A stretch of DNA of 63,895 nucleotides, taken from the IMG/VR virus record IMGVR_UViG_2061766007_003022, one strand, 5' to 3'. The notes under the pieces are model-generated. The model was not told where the DNA came from, did not search any database, and saw only the letters and a program-made list of their open reading frames with translations. Every line of letters begins with the position of its first letter. The stretch's first letter is position 1. The DNA is from an uncultured virus (IMG/VR IMGVR_UViG_2061766007_003022) (lineage: Duplodnaviria > Heunggongvirae > Uroviricota > Caudoviricetes). A program made the position numbers and the translations under genes. Positions 9,914-20,192 of the stretch are shown in pieces.

Positions 9914-12900
9914 CTAAATCAGTTCGAGCATCGCGTCGGTCTCATCATACTCGAGTTCTTCCGGCCACCCCACGGCGCCAAACAATCTTCCCAAAATCTG
10001 GGCCACGGAAACCTTCCACTGTAGGTCCCAGTCGATATGGAACATGTCGATAAGACGCTGTGGGCACTCCTCCCCGGTGTAGCATATGATAGATACACCG
10101 TAGTCGTCGTCAGCCTTCTTGATGAACTTCATCTTCTCGCCGGCAACGATTGGCTCGTAAGGCTCCTTGGACAAGACAGGGTCGAACTCGATAAGGTAGT
10201 TCCACACGGATGCTGCCCTGCGGCGCCAGTCAAGCTTGGAAAGCTCATCCTTCGGCAGGTGACACTGGATTGCATACGGTACCGGTTCCTCCTTCATACC
10301 GGAAGGCATAGAAATGTAGGAGTACTTGCCGTCCTTGACCGCCTGGAAGAACTCGCGCTTGATTTCCAGAAGCCTCTCGCGCACCACAGCCTTGTCCATC
10401 GTCTTCAGCATCAGCTTAACCATGTCCATCATGCGCTCGCGGGAGAACAGCGTGGTGGAACTACGGACGATTTCAAGACCGGTAACGGCAAAGTCGGGAG
10501 TCAATTCCATCGAGCCGATTTCGACAACGTTTCCCTGCTCGTCCTTCTTCGGCTCCTTGTCTAGGTAGACAATGTCCTCGTTGGACTCAGCCTCGCAGAT
10601 GTACTTCTTCTTTGCCGTAACGATGGCCTTGTATATGCACTTCTCGCGCTTCAGGAACAACTCGTTCGTCAAGTAGCCCCACTTGGTAGCGTAGGCAAGC
10701 ATGAACTCATCCAGTTTCTCTTCGAGGATAACCGCGTCCATTATGCGGCAGAAGTCGGTAAGCCTATACCGGTTGTATATAATCCTGCAACCCTTGCCCC
10801 ATACGATGCCGTCATGGAACATAATCTTGACCTTGGAAAGACCGGTCTTCTTGTCCACCGCCCTGTTCTCCGGGTCATGCCACTGGGCGTGAGCATACTT
10901 GTTGCACATGCGGTTGAAGCACTTGCGGGACTCCAGTTCCTCCTCGGGAGAATTTCCGAAGGTATACCTCTCGGTCTGCTCGTGCCCGGTATAGACAATG
11001 ACCTCGGTTCCGTTCCCCTGCTTCTTGCGAAACTCCTCGAACAGGTCACCCACCTTGCAGTAGAACGAGTCAGTATCGCCGTGGGACATGCGCTTGAACA
11101 GCACCTGGCCGTCCTCGTCCATAATTGTACCGAGGAAGGACGGGTCGATTTCCGGTACGTACCCGAACGCCTTGATAAAGCGTTCATCGTGGGCAACCTC
11201 CTCGTTGAGGTAGTGTGCCAACTGCTCGATAGTGAACTTGATGAGGTTACGGCCAAACGCAGTAATTGATGCGGCATTGTCCACGTCATAGAACGGGAAG
11301 AAGTTGGAACCAAGAAGGCCGTACAGCGAGTTGCCGAGCACCTTGTATACCTTCTGCATCATGTCGTAGACGGCGGTCATTTCGTGGTCGCCGGCCTTCT
11401 TCGCGGCCTTCATCTTGTTCTTCAGNNNNNNNNNNGCCCTGCTCGTCCTTTTTCGGCTCCTTGTCAAGATAGACGATATCCTCGTTGGACTCCGCCTCGC
11501 AGATGTACTTCTTCTTTGCCGTGACGATTGCCTTGTAGATGCACTTCTCGCGCTTCAGGAACAGCTCGTTCGTCAGATATCCCCACTTGGTGGCGTAGGC
11601 GAGCATGAACTCGTCCAGTTTCTCTTCTAGGATAACGGCGTCCATTATGCGGCAGAAGTCGGTGAGCCTGTACCGGTTGTATATAATCCTGCAGCCCTTA
11701 CCCCACACGATGCCGTCGTGGAACATAATCTTGACCTTGGAAAGGCCGGTCTTCTTGTCTATCGCCCGGTTCTCCGGGTCATGCCACTGGGCATGCGCGT
11801 ACTTGTTGCACATGCGGTTGAAGCACTTGCGCGACTCCAGTTCCTCCTCGGGAGAATTGCCGAAGGTGTATCTTTCGGTCTGTTCATGCCCGGTATAGAC
11901 TATGACCTCGGTCCCGGTTCCCTGCTTCTTACTGAACTCCTCGAACAGGTCCCCCACCTTGCAGTAGAACGAGTCTGTATCGCCGTGGGACATGCGCTTG
12001 AACAGCACCTGGCCATCCTCGTCCATGGTCGTTCCCAGGAAGGACGGGTCGATTTTCGGCACGTATCCGAACGCCTTGATGAAGCGCTCGTCGTGGGCCA
12101 CCTCCTCATTGAGGTAGTGGGCCAGCTGCTCGATTGTGAACTTGATAAGGTTACGACCGAATGCGGTAATGGATGCTGCATTGTCCACGTCGTAGAACGG
12201 GAAGAAGTTGGAACCCAGCAGGCCATATAGAGAGTTGCCGAGCACCTTGTACACCTTCTGCATCATGTCGTAGACGGCTGTCATTTCGTGGTCGCCGGCC
12301 TTCTTCGCGGCCTTCATCTTGTTCTTCAGGTTCGCGCGGCCGTCGAACAGCAACCGGGTGACCTGGGGGACGATGCCCTCCTTGTCCTTCCGGAAGTATA
12401 CCCTGTACCTGCCGTTGTGCGTCCACGGGCTCTCTATTAGCGTAGCACGTTCCTCTTCGGTCATGATGTAGTCCATCGGCTTGGTGACCTTGGTCTCCGG
12501 CGAGGTGTTGAACGTCATCATTATCGAAGGATACAGCGAANNNNNNNNNNNNNNNNNNCTTGTAGAAACCTGGGATTGAATACACGAATGCACCGGGATA
12601 CTCTTCCTTGGACTGCTGGCGGTAGGCCGGGAACACCATGCCGTTCTTGTGGAGGTGGTTCATAACGAAGCCGACCAGCATCTTCTTGGACTCGAACACG
12701 AAGGAGAACGGGACGTGGGCCTCCGCCGCAGCGGTGACGCACAGCTGGAACATCTTGACTTCCAGCTCCATCATCTTGAGCAGGCGCACGTCCTGCCAGT
12801 TATAAAAGATAAATTGCGACCAGTAGTTCTTCCATGACTTGTAGCCGTCAGGCAGGGGAGCCTTGTGCTCGCCGGTAATCATGCCACCGATGTAGTCAAG

Positions 12901-13587
12901 CTTGTAGGAAGGCTGCTCGGAGAAAGTGTACTTGCGGTAAAGGGCAAGAAAGTCGATGACCTCGGTTCCCGCAATCTGTAGTTCGCCGTCATTGTTGACC
13001 CAGGCCTTCTTGAACTGCGCCGGGAGACGGGACATTAACTTAATGTCGATACCGAGCTTCTGGGCCCGGTTGACCATGTACGTGGTATCGTAAGAGAAGT
13101 TCCAACCTGAGAGAATGGCAACATCGTTACGACCAATCTCGGTAAACAGGCGGGTAAGTAGGTCTGACTCGGTCTCGCACAACACGTACTGGCATTTTTC
13201 CTTTGTCATCTTCTCCTTGACCCAGTCATCAATATCACGGCCTACACCGTAGGTAAAGTAATTATCCGTAGCGGAAAAGTAGATTGTAACGCAGTTAATC
13301 GGGTATTCGGCGCGATGGGCCATCGGGAAGCGACCGGTAGTCTCCACCTCTATATCGAGGAAGCATATGTTAATCTTGCTCATGTCCGGCTTGAGCATGC
13401 CGGTGTTCGCGTAGTGTTGCTGGAGGAACCTCGCCCTCGGGTCAATATCGATTTCGGCCAGGTGGTTATTTGGGCCGATATAACGCTTCCTAATGTCCTG
13501 TTCCTGGGCGGTATGCCTCTGTACGGCATACATCTCCCTTCCGTATATGTCCTTCATTCCGCACGGCATGGCGCCGAACTCGCCCCG
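9914..13587 (-). CDS. family B DNA polymerase (T4 gp43-like); two overlapping allelic fragments
   Basis: Exonuclease motifs LDIEVE, SGWNFSYD, YNWQDV; polymerase motifs SLYPS, KVLGNSLYG, HGDTDS, AKKKY, GLEIVRSST. Confidence 0.95.
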
Positions 13588-13787
13588 NNNNNNNNNNNNN
13601 NNNNNNNNNNNNNNNNNNNNNNNNNNNNNNNNNNNNNNNNNNNNNNNNNNNNNNNNNNNNNNNNNNNNNNNNNNNNNNNNNNNNNNNNNNNNNNNNNNNN
13701 NNNNNNNNNNNNNNNNNNNNNNNNNNNNNNNNNNNNNNNNNGCCGGGTGGCAGGCATTTGTAAGTTTTCTTGGCAAAATTATAGCGA

Positions 13788-14422
13788 TTAAGCTTCGCCG
13801 TCGAACTTTGCGCGTTCGGCCTTGGCATTCGCCAAATCGGTTTCTTCCTCAGGAGTCAACGTTTCACCACGCGCTTTCTTCTCTTCCAGCGGGCCAATAA
13901 CATATTTAAGCAGCAAAGACATCCGCTCGGCAATCAAACCAGGCGTTTTTACCGGTTCATCAACCGATTCCATCTTCGGCTTGACCTTGCCGTCGCCCGG
14001 TTCGCCGANNNNNNNNNNNNNNNNNCTCGGCATCGGCCTTGCTCTTCTCGTCCACCCCGAGACTCTTCACGAAATTGCGGAACATGTCAATCTTGCGCTG
14101 CTTCTTGCTTTCCTCGGAGAACTTCTTGTTGGAGTCGGCCTTGGAGCGCTGGGCGGAGGCGGTGGACTTGGCCTTCGAGTCGAACGCACCGGTCTTNNNN
14201 NNNNNNNNNNNNNNNNNNNNNNNNNNNNNNNNNNNNNNNNNNNNNNNNNNNNNNNNNNNNNNNNNNNNNNNNNNNNNNNNNNNNNNNNNNNNNNNNNNNN
14301 NNNNNNNNNNNNNNNNNNNNNNNNNNNNNNNNNNNNNNNNNNNNNNNNNNCTCCGCGGTCTTTGCCTTGCCGACCTTCTTCTTGTCCTCGGTCCAGCCGG
14401 AGAAGTCGACCTTGACACCCTC
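13788..14422 (-). CDS. Lys/Glu-rich late protein, fragments; C-terminal variant A
   Basis: Matches 24496..25269 up to PKMES, then has an unrelated 58-aa tail. Confidence 0.65.
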
Positions 14423-14678
14423 NNNNNNNNNNNNNNNNNNNNNNNNNNNNNNNNNNNNNNNNNNNNNNNNNNNNNNNNNNNNNNNNNNNNNNNNNNNNNN
14501 NNNNNNNNNNNNNNNNNNNNNNNNNNNNNNNNNNNNNNNNNNNNNNNTTGACTACCATCCGGTAAAAGGTTTATTTGCCGGAAAGTTTATACAGGGGGCC
14601 ACAAAAATTCAAATTCACTATAGCAATTCTCAGAAAATAATAAACTACACGTTGTTGAACCCTTCAAGGACGGCCAAA

Positions 14679-15338
14679 ATGCGTCTGAACATACCGAAAA
14701 CCGCAACAATAAGCCACGAACTGCCGTTTTTTACTGACCTCAGCACTGAATTCAACATTCCGGTAAGCGAAATAAAGGCACGCTTCCGCAACGAGCTGAT
14801 TGAAAAGTACAAGGAAGCGATGGACGACCCGACCACGCAGAAGATAGGCGATAATGAGATGGACCTTGTCCATGAGGCGGCGAACTCGCTCCGGCTGAAA
14901 CTTGCCCACCCCGAGGAACAGAGCACTGACCAGGACGAGTATGACAAGATGATGGGGTTTGACCCCAACGAACCTCCTCCCGGTGNNNNNNNNNNNNNNN
15001 NNNNNNNNNNNNNNNNNNNNNNNNNNNNNNNNNNNNNAAGGAGAATTCGGCGGCGGAGGATTCGGTGGAGGATTCGGTGGCGGTGGCATCGACAACATGG
15101 ACCTCGGGTTCTCTGACGAGGGTATGTCCTCGTTCGACCAAGTTGCCGACGACTTAGACGACTTCGGCTCAGAAGCCACCGGTGACGGAGTGAACGCAAT
15201 GTCCGAAATCGAGCCGGGTGGTGGTGATATAGGCGAAGACCAGTCAACAGAAACGGAACCGCTCGACCTGGGCNNNNNNNNNNNNNNNNNNNNNAGGATA
15301 TTGAACTTGGTGGAAGCGACGACCTGACAGAGCTCTAG
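14679..15338 (+). CDS. acidic Gly/Phe-rich hypothetical protein
   Basis: ATAAACT at 14640; homologous to 28869..29519. Confidence 0.75.
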
Positions 15339-16495
15339 CCGCCGAAGTACATGCACTTCCTGGCGTAGCCCGCCTTCTCGTTACAGTAGGTCATGAACAA
15401 GCGGCCATCGTCGCCATACAGCAGTTCAAGCACTGACGTTCCTGCATTCCTGACCATCATGGTACTAATGTCCATCGGCAAGTCGATGGACTTTTCCGTA
15501 TCCATCATCTTGACTCCGGTCATCGTAATGACGCCCTCATAGCGTTCACCATTGGAATACTTGATTTCTACTGTTTTCTCATCGAGTGGCTTTAGGTTCA
15601 CCGGGGCAGTCGGGTCCCTATAGTTGAGGCCGTAAATCATGTCGATTGTAGCCGCCATTCCGATAGTGTCAAACTTCATGTAGGATTTCATACCGTCACT
15701 AGTACCGGTACGGAGTATCGCATTACCAAACTTATAGGTGAAACCATATAGTTTCCCCTGAGCACGTACGGTACCGTGTGTCCAGTCGAACTCCATCGTA
15801 CATGCCGACGAGGTCTCTACCAACGGAATGAGTTTGAATACGCACAGGGGGATGGATACCTCGAAATCACCCAGTCTGCCTCCCTCGATGAACGATTCCA
15901 TCTTGGTACTTGCCGGGAGGGTAGCGATAGTCACCCGGTCATTCCCGGTACGGAATGATAGGGTCCCGTCCTTCCTGATAATCTCCATCGTATCAAACGT
16001 GTATACGCTATCGATGATTGACGCCATCACAGTCTGTTCAATCTTGATTCGGTCCTGCAGCAGGAACTCGTCATCACTTGATTCAAACGGCTCGAGAAGC
16101 GGAAGGCTGGCCTCGGACTCGAACCCCTGGAACGACTCGTTGAACGAGGAACCTATGTAGAGCCTATTGTCGGCCACCCACATGGCAACTAGTCCGTCCT
16201 TGACCCCCTTGTCGCAGAACACGTATAGGTCACGGAGGTTGACATAGGCATCACTGTCCAGACACTTGGATTTCAGCGTAGAGTCAATCAAGACGCTGAC
16301 ACCCTTATCGGTGGTGAGCTTCATGTAGACCAGGCCCTCCTCCTCGTTCTCGAACGTCTCGACGTGCACCTTCACGTCATCATTCTCGCAGGAGAACCCG
16401 ATAAATGACATCGCCTCGCGGAACCCGGTGACCGTATTGAACATTACCAGGCTAGGACCGGTGGATTCTGCTTCAGTAGATACTTCTTCGGACAT
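15335..16495 (-). CDS. 386-aa protein, possible DnaN/beta-clamp-like fold
   Basis: Length and periodic alpha/beta pattern match three clamp domains (LSFRTGNDR, FEVSIP, SIDLPMDISTMMVR...LELLY); intact ORF conserved in copy 29516..30676. Confidence 0.4.
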   Translation of the reverse strand: MSEEVSTEAESTGPSLVMFNTVTGFREAMSFIGFSCENDDVKVHVETFENEEEGLVYMKLTTDKGVSVLIDSTLKSKCLDSDAYVNLRDLYVFCDKGVKDGLVAMWVADNRLYIGSSFNESFQGFESEASLPLLEPFESSDDEFLLQDRIKIEQTVMASIIDSVYTFDTMEIIRKDGTLSFRTGNDRVTIATLPASTKMESFIEGGRLGDFEVSIPLCVFKLIPLVETSSACTMEFDWTHGTVRAQGKLYGFTYKFGNAILRTGTSDGMKSYMKFDTIGMAATIDMIYGLNYRDPTAPVNLKPLDEKTVEIKYSNGERYEGVITMTGVKMMDTEKSIDLPMDISTMMVRNAGTSVLELLYGDDGRLFMTYCNEKAGYARKCMYFGG

Positions 16496-16529
16496 ATAGT
16501 TTCCTCTCTTTCACTAGAGGAAACTAAAT

Positions 16530-16560
16530 CAAAAAGGCGACTGCCGGTAGCAGCCGCCCT
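16530..16560 (-). terminator. rho-independent terminator
   Basis: GGCGGCTGC-TACCG-GCAGTCGCC-TTTTT on the minus strand after 16581..18098. Confidence 0.7.
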
Positions 16561-16580
16561 CGAATTGGTTATTCTCTGGC

Positions 16581-18098
16581 CTAGAAGAGGTTATCCAGGG
16601 AGTCGATGGCGATGTCGGTCTTGTCCTTGCCGCCTTCCTCGGAGGAGCTCCCGCCCTCGCTCATGTCGATGCCCGGGTCGGTGTTGCCGTTACCTACCAT
16701 GGCGTTTGCCTGGTCCATCATTCCAGCGGTATCGTTGAAACCGTCATAGGAATTGAAGTCCATAGTGGAGTTCATCTCAAGGCCCTGGCCGACACCGGTC
16801 TTATCATCAGACGGGAATGTCATTGCGGCAACTTCCTTTGCGACATTGTGGATAGCAGTGCCATCCGTGTTGTACTGTTCCGGGAACCACTTGCCAAGGT
16901 CTATAGACAACTTGGTTACATCGATTGTACCATCCTCCATTGCCTTAGCGAACTGCTTCAGACCTTCAATCGGCAGAGTAGTATCCAGTGCCTGGAATTC
17001 GTCAAATGCAAGGAACTGGTCCAGCAGTTCGTCAACATTCATATTCTTGGTTCCACCAAATCCGTCTTCCATTTCCTTGCTGGTCAACTTAGTACCATTC
17101 TCCTCAGTCAACTTGGCTCCACGGTCAGCCACAATATGGGCAAGATTATCCACTGCCGCCTGCGACAGCGGGTCACACTGTTCTTCCGGGCAACCTTCCA
17201 TGCAGAACTGGCGGAAATCCATTTCAGTATTTCCCTTGCCGTTTCCGTCGGTAACGCCATTGACCTGACCTGCATTTGCAGGTGCCTCGGTGCCATCACC
17301 TGCACCCATACCGGCATCAGCACCAGTTCCAAAGTCGTCACCCTGGTCATCTCCGGCAGGTGCCGAGAAGTCATCTGCAGTGAAATCAGCCTTTCCGTCG
17401 TTCTGTTCATCCTCGAACATGGCAACAGCCTCGTTGCACACATCAAGCAACTTCTGGAGTTTCCAGTCTACAGACTCGTATGCAACGAAGTTGTTTGGGT
17501 CCGAATTTGCGATTCCAAGGGTATCATTAAAGTTGTTACCTGGCATCTTGATTGCGCCTGTGCCGTATAGCATCTCGTCCATGTCAGATGGGTTCTTATC
17601 CTTGAGAATCAGGTTACGGGCAGTATTGCGGATAGACTGTGCGAAGTTTCCCCTGAACTGGTCGGATTCCGGAGACACCTGGTACAGCATCGAGTTTCCG
17701 TCATTCAATGTGAGGTCGACACTAATCTGGTCATTCTTGTTCGGGTACTTCATGTTCACGGTGACCATCTCACCATCGCAGTCGAACGTTCCATTCAGTG
17801 AGGTCTGCTCCAGGTCCATTCCGTTAAGGTTGAGACGCATCGGTATACCGGACGTGCTGGAAGTTGCCTCGGTCATGAGCTTCATGCCGATATCCTTCAG
17901 TGTCAGGTAGTTCTTCTTCATCTCGAGGTTCCTATTCTTGTAGGTCCTGTGGTCGAAATCTTTCTTGGTCTGGTCGTCTACCGGGGGCAATGTGCCCTTC
18001 ATCATGTCGACGGTGGTCGTACGGGCCGGGACTACCGGTCCGCTCTTCGTAGTGACGTACTGGAACGTCTTGGTGAAATCTGAAAGCGATACTGCCAC
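16581..18098 (-). CDS. acidic hypothetical late protein (505 aa, GTG start)
   Basis: ATAAACT at 18129-18135; homologue at 30825..32233. Confidence 0.8.
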   Translation of the reverse strand: MAVSLSDFTKTFQYVTTKSGPVVPARTTTVDMMKGTLPPVDDQTKKDFDHRTYKNRNLEMKKNYLTLKDIGMKLMTEATSSTSGIPMRLNLNGMDLEQTSLNGTFDCDGEMVTVNMKYPNKNDQISVDLTLNDGNSMLYQVSPESDQFRGNFAQSIRNTARNLILKDKNPSDMDEMLYGTGAIKMPGNNFNDTLGIANSDPNNFVAYESVDWKLQKLLDVCNEAVAMFEDEQNDGKADFTADDFSAPAGDDQGDDFGTGADAGMGAGDGTEAPANAGQVNGVTDGNGKGNTEMDFRQFCMEGCPEEQCDPLSQAAVDNLAHIVADRGAKLTEENGTKLTSKEMEDGFGGTKNMNVDELLDQFLAFDEFQALDTTLPIEGLKQFAKAMEDGTIDVTKLSIDLGKWFPEQYNTDGTAIHNVAKEVAAMTFPSDDKTGVGQGLEMNSTMDFNSYDGFNDTAGMMDQANAMVGNGNTDPGIDMSEGGSSSEEGGKDKTDIAIDSLDNLF

Positions 18099-18149
18099 TT
18101 GGAACCTCGATTTAGACGATTTTCCAGTAGTTTATATCGGAATGCCGAA

Positions 18150-19286
18150 TTAGTGCAGCATCGACCATACCACGTACACGGGGAGCGCCTTTGGCTTGAC
18201 CCACCCGTGCGAGCATTTCTCGAGAGCGGCATTNNNNNNNNNNNNNNNNNNNNNNNNNNNNNNNNNNNNNNNNNNNNNNNNNNNNNNNNNNNNNNNNNNN
18301 NNNNNNNNNNNNNNNNNNNNNNNNNNNNNNGCTAGCATCTCCCCTTTGCAGCCGGGTCAGGAAGGACATAAGGTCCTCGTCCGGCTTCGGGGCATTCTGC
18401 AGCATGTCAACGCCGCCGTGGTCAACGAAGTACGTGTAAAGGTAACTATATGGCACTTCCGGACACTTGGCGGCCACTTCCCCAATGCTCTTCCCTTCAC
18501 CGAACCANNNNNNNNNNNNNNNNNNNNNNNNNNNNNNNNNNNNGCATTTCCGCCCCGTTCCTCGGTAACGGCATTATCCCCAGATGCAGCAAGCCCCTCG
18601 CCGGGCCTCATGTAGCTATATTCGGCTTTCTTCTGTTCCAGTTCATTCTCCCGCATATTGCGGAAGTTGAACGCATCCTGAATGAACTTTCCGAGTGCCG
18701 GGTTCTTTTTTCTGAGGAAGCTGGCCGCGGAATCCTTCATGGCGGCGCCCAGTGACACAAATGACGGATTATTAGAAACATTACTGAGAATATTAGTTGA
18801 TAGCCACCTGCGGTCAGCGTCGGCAATTTCGTCCATCGCCTTCTTCTCGTCAAACGGTATGTTGTAGTAAGCAAACGATTTCTTGATACGGGAGACTAGT
18901 GCATTGTAATACTTGAACCGGTTGACCTTGCTATCGGCAATAGCCTTCTGCCGGTCTGCCGAATTCTGCTGGCGTGCATCAAGTTCCGCCCTGGTAGGCA
19001 TATTCCGGTTATGCCTTATATTCATCAGGGTCTGCTGGAACCTACCGGGATGTTTCGCGATTTCAGCCCTTATCTCATTCTCGTTGAACGTGGAACCCAT
19101 GTTCCGCTTCAGGTACTGTACGACCGCATCGGTCTCGCTATCCGTGAGCGGAAGAGCCCTATGGGTTCCGCCCAGGATATGTGCGCCCTCCACCAGGGCT
19201 GTGACGATGGTTTCCGGGAGGTCGGGGAATTCACCCACGGCCTCGAGCACGATATCGACAAGTTCTCTTTGCATACGGCAGTCCAT
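18150..19286 (-). CDS. hypothetical late protein (gapped)
   Basis: ATAAACT at 19300-19306; homologue 32279..33427. Confidence 0.75.
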
Positions 19287-19307
19287 TGTTGACTACCGTA
19301 GTTTATC

Positions 19308-20192
19308 TTATTCTACGAGCGCCTCGTGGTTGATTTCGCCACCGTCGCTCTCCATACCGGCCACGTAGAGGGAAATCGGGTCCTGCGGGTCCGCTCCGGC
19401 TAGGGAGGAGAACGCCTTCAGGGTAATCTTGTCGCGGGTCTCAGTCTTCAGGTGGCGGACCTCAATCTCGTAATCGGTCTCGATGCCCTTCAGGATAGTG
19501 AAGTACATTGCCGGAATCTTGCGGTACTTGTCCTTTGAACCGGCGTAGGCGGCGTCAATGAGGTCGGCAGCGCCCATCCGGGTGCAGTTCCTCGGTATGT
19601 CCTCGGTAATCTGCTGGCCGGTACGGCCCTTCATGTAAATCTTGACCTTCGTATGGTTCAGTACCACGGACACGAACTGACAACCCGGAACCAGTTTCAA
19701 CTCGTCGCAGAACGTCTTGAGAGCGTCCTTGCCCATAGAGATGGTGGACAAGCAGTTCATGATGTCCTTGTCGCGGTCGGCAGGTACGTGCCTGGCCTTC
19801 TTGTCAAACCGGGTCGGGTCTGCACAGATAGTATACGCCGTACGTGTGGCCGTAGCCTCGTTCCCATTCATGAACTGGAGCATCGGGTACACATGTCCGT
19901 TGGACAGGGTACGTTCCAGTGACTGCACGCTGCTGTTGGCAGTTCCCGGATATCCAACGAGTTCACAGAACTTGATGAACTCCATCATATTGGCCACGCA
20001 AATCTCGTTCCCGTTAAAGTTGAGGTCTGCAGGTCCTGCCGATATGTGTAGGAACGTTGCCGGGGTAGGAATGGTAATCCGGCACCGGTCATTGGCCTTG
20101 AACATGACGGTGGCCTTGGACTTGCTCACCATCGTTAGTTTCTTCAGCAGTGCAAAGAACTGCGGACTCATCGTGATTATCTGTGGTTCCAT
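19308..20192 (-). CDS. probable sliding clamp (T4 gp45-like)
   Basis: N-terminus ITMSPQFFALLKKLTMVS resembles gp45 MKLSxxTLxILKNF; two-domain size; lies in the primase operon; near-identical in both copies. Confidence 0.55.
   Translation of the reverse strand: MEPQIITMSPQFFALLKKLTMVSKSKATVMFKANDRCRITIPTPATFLHISAGPADLNFNGNEICVANMMEFIKFCELVGYPGTANSSVQSLERTLSNGHVYPMLQFMNGNEATATRTAYTICADPTRFDKKARHVPADRDKDIMNCLSTISMGKDALKTFCDELKLVPGCQFVSVVLNHTKVKIYMKGRTGQQITEDIPRNCTRMGAADLIDAAYAGSKDKYRKIPAMYFTILKGIETDYEIEVRHLKTETRDKITLKAFSSLAGADPQDPISLYVAGMESDGGEINHEALVE

Noticed and set aside
9914..13587. Apparent split or tandemly duplicated DNA polymerase and helicase
   Set aside because: Breakpoints coincide with 10-N scaffold joins and the copies differ mainly at silent sites, so these are allelic contigs, not split genes, introns or inteins
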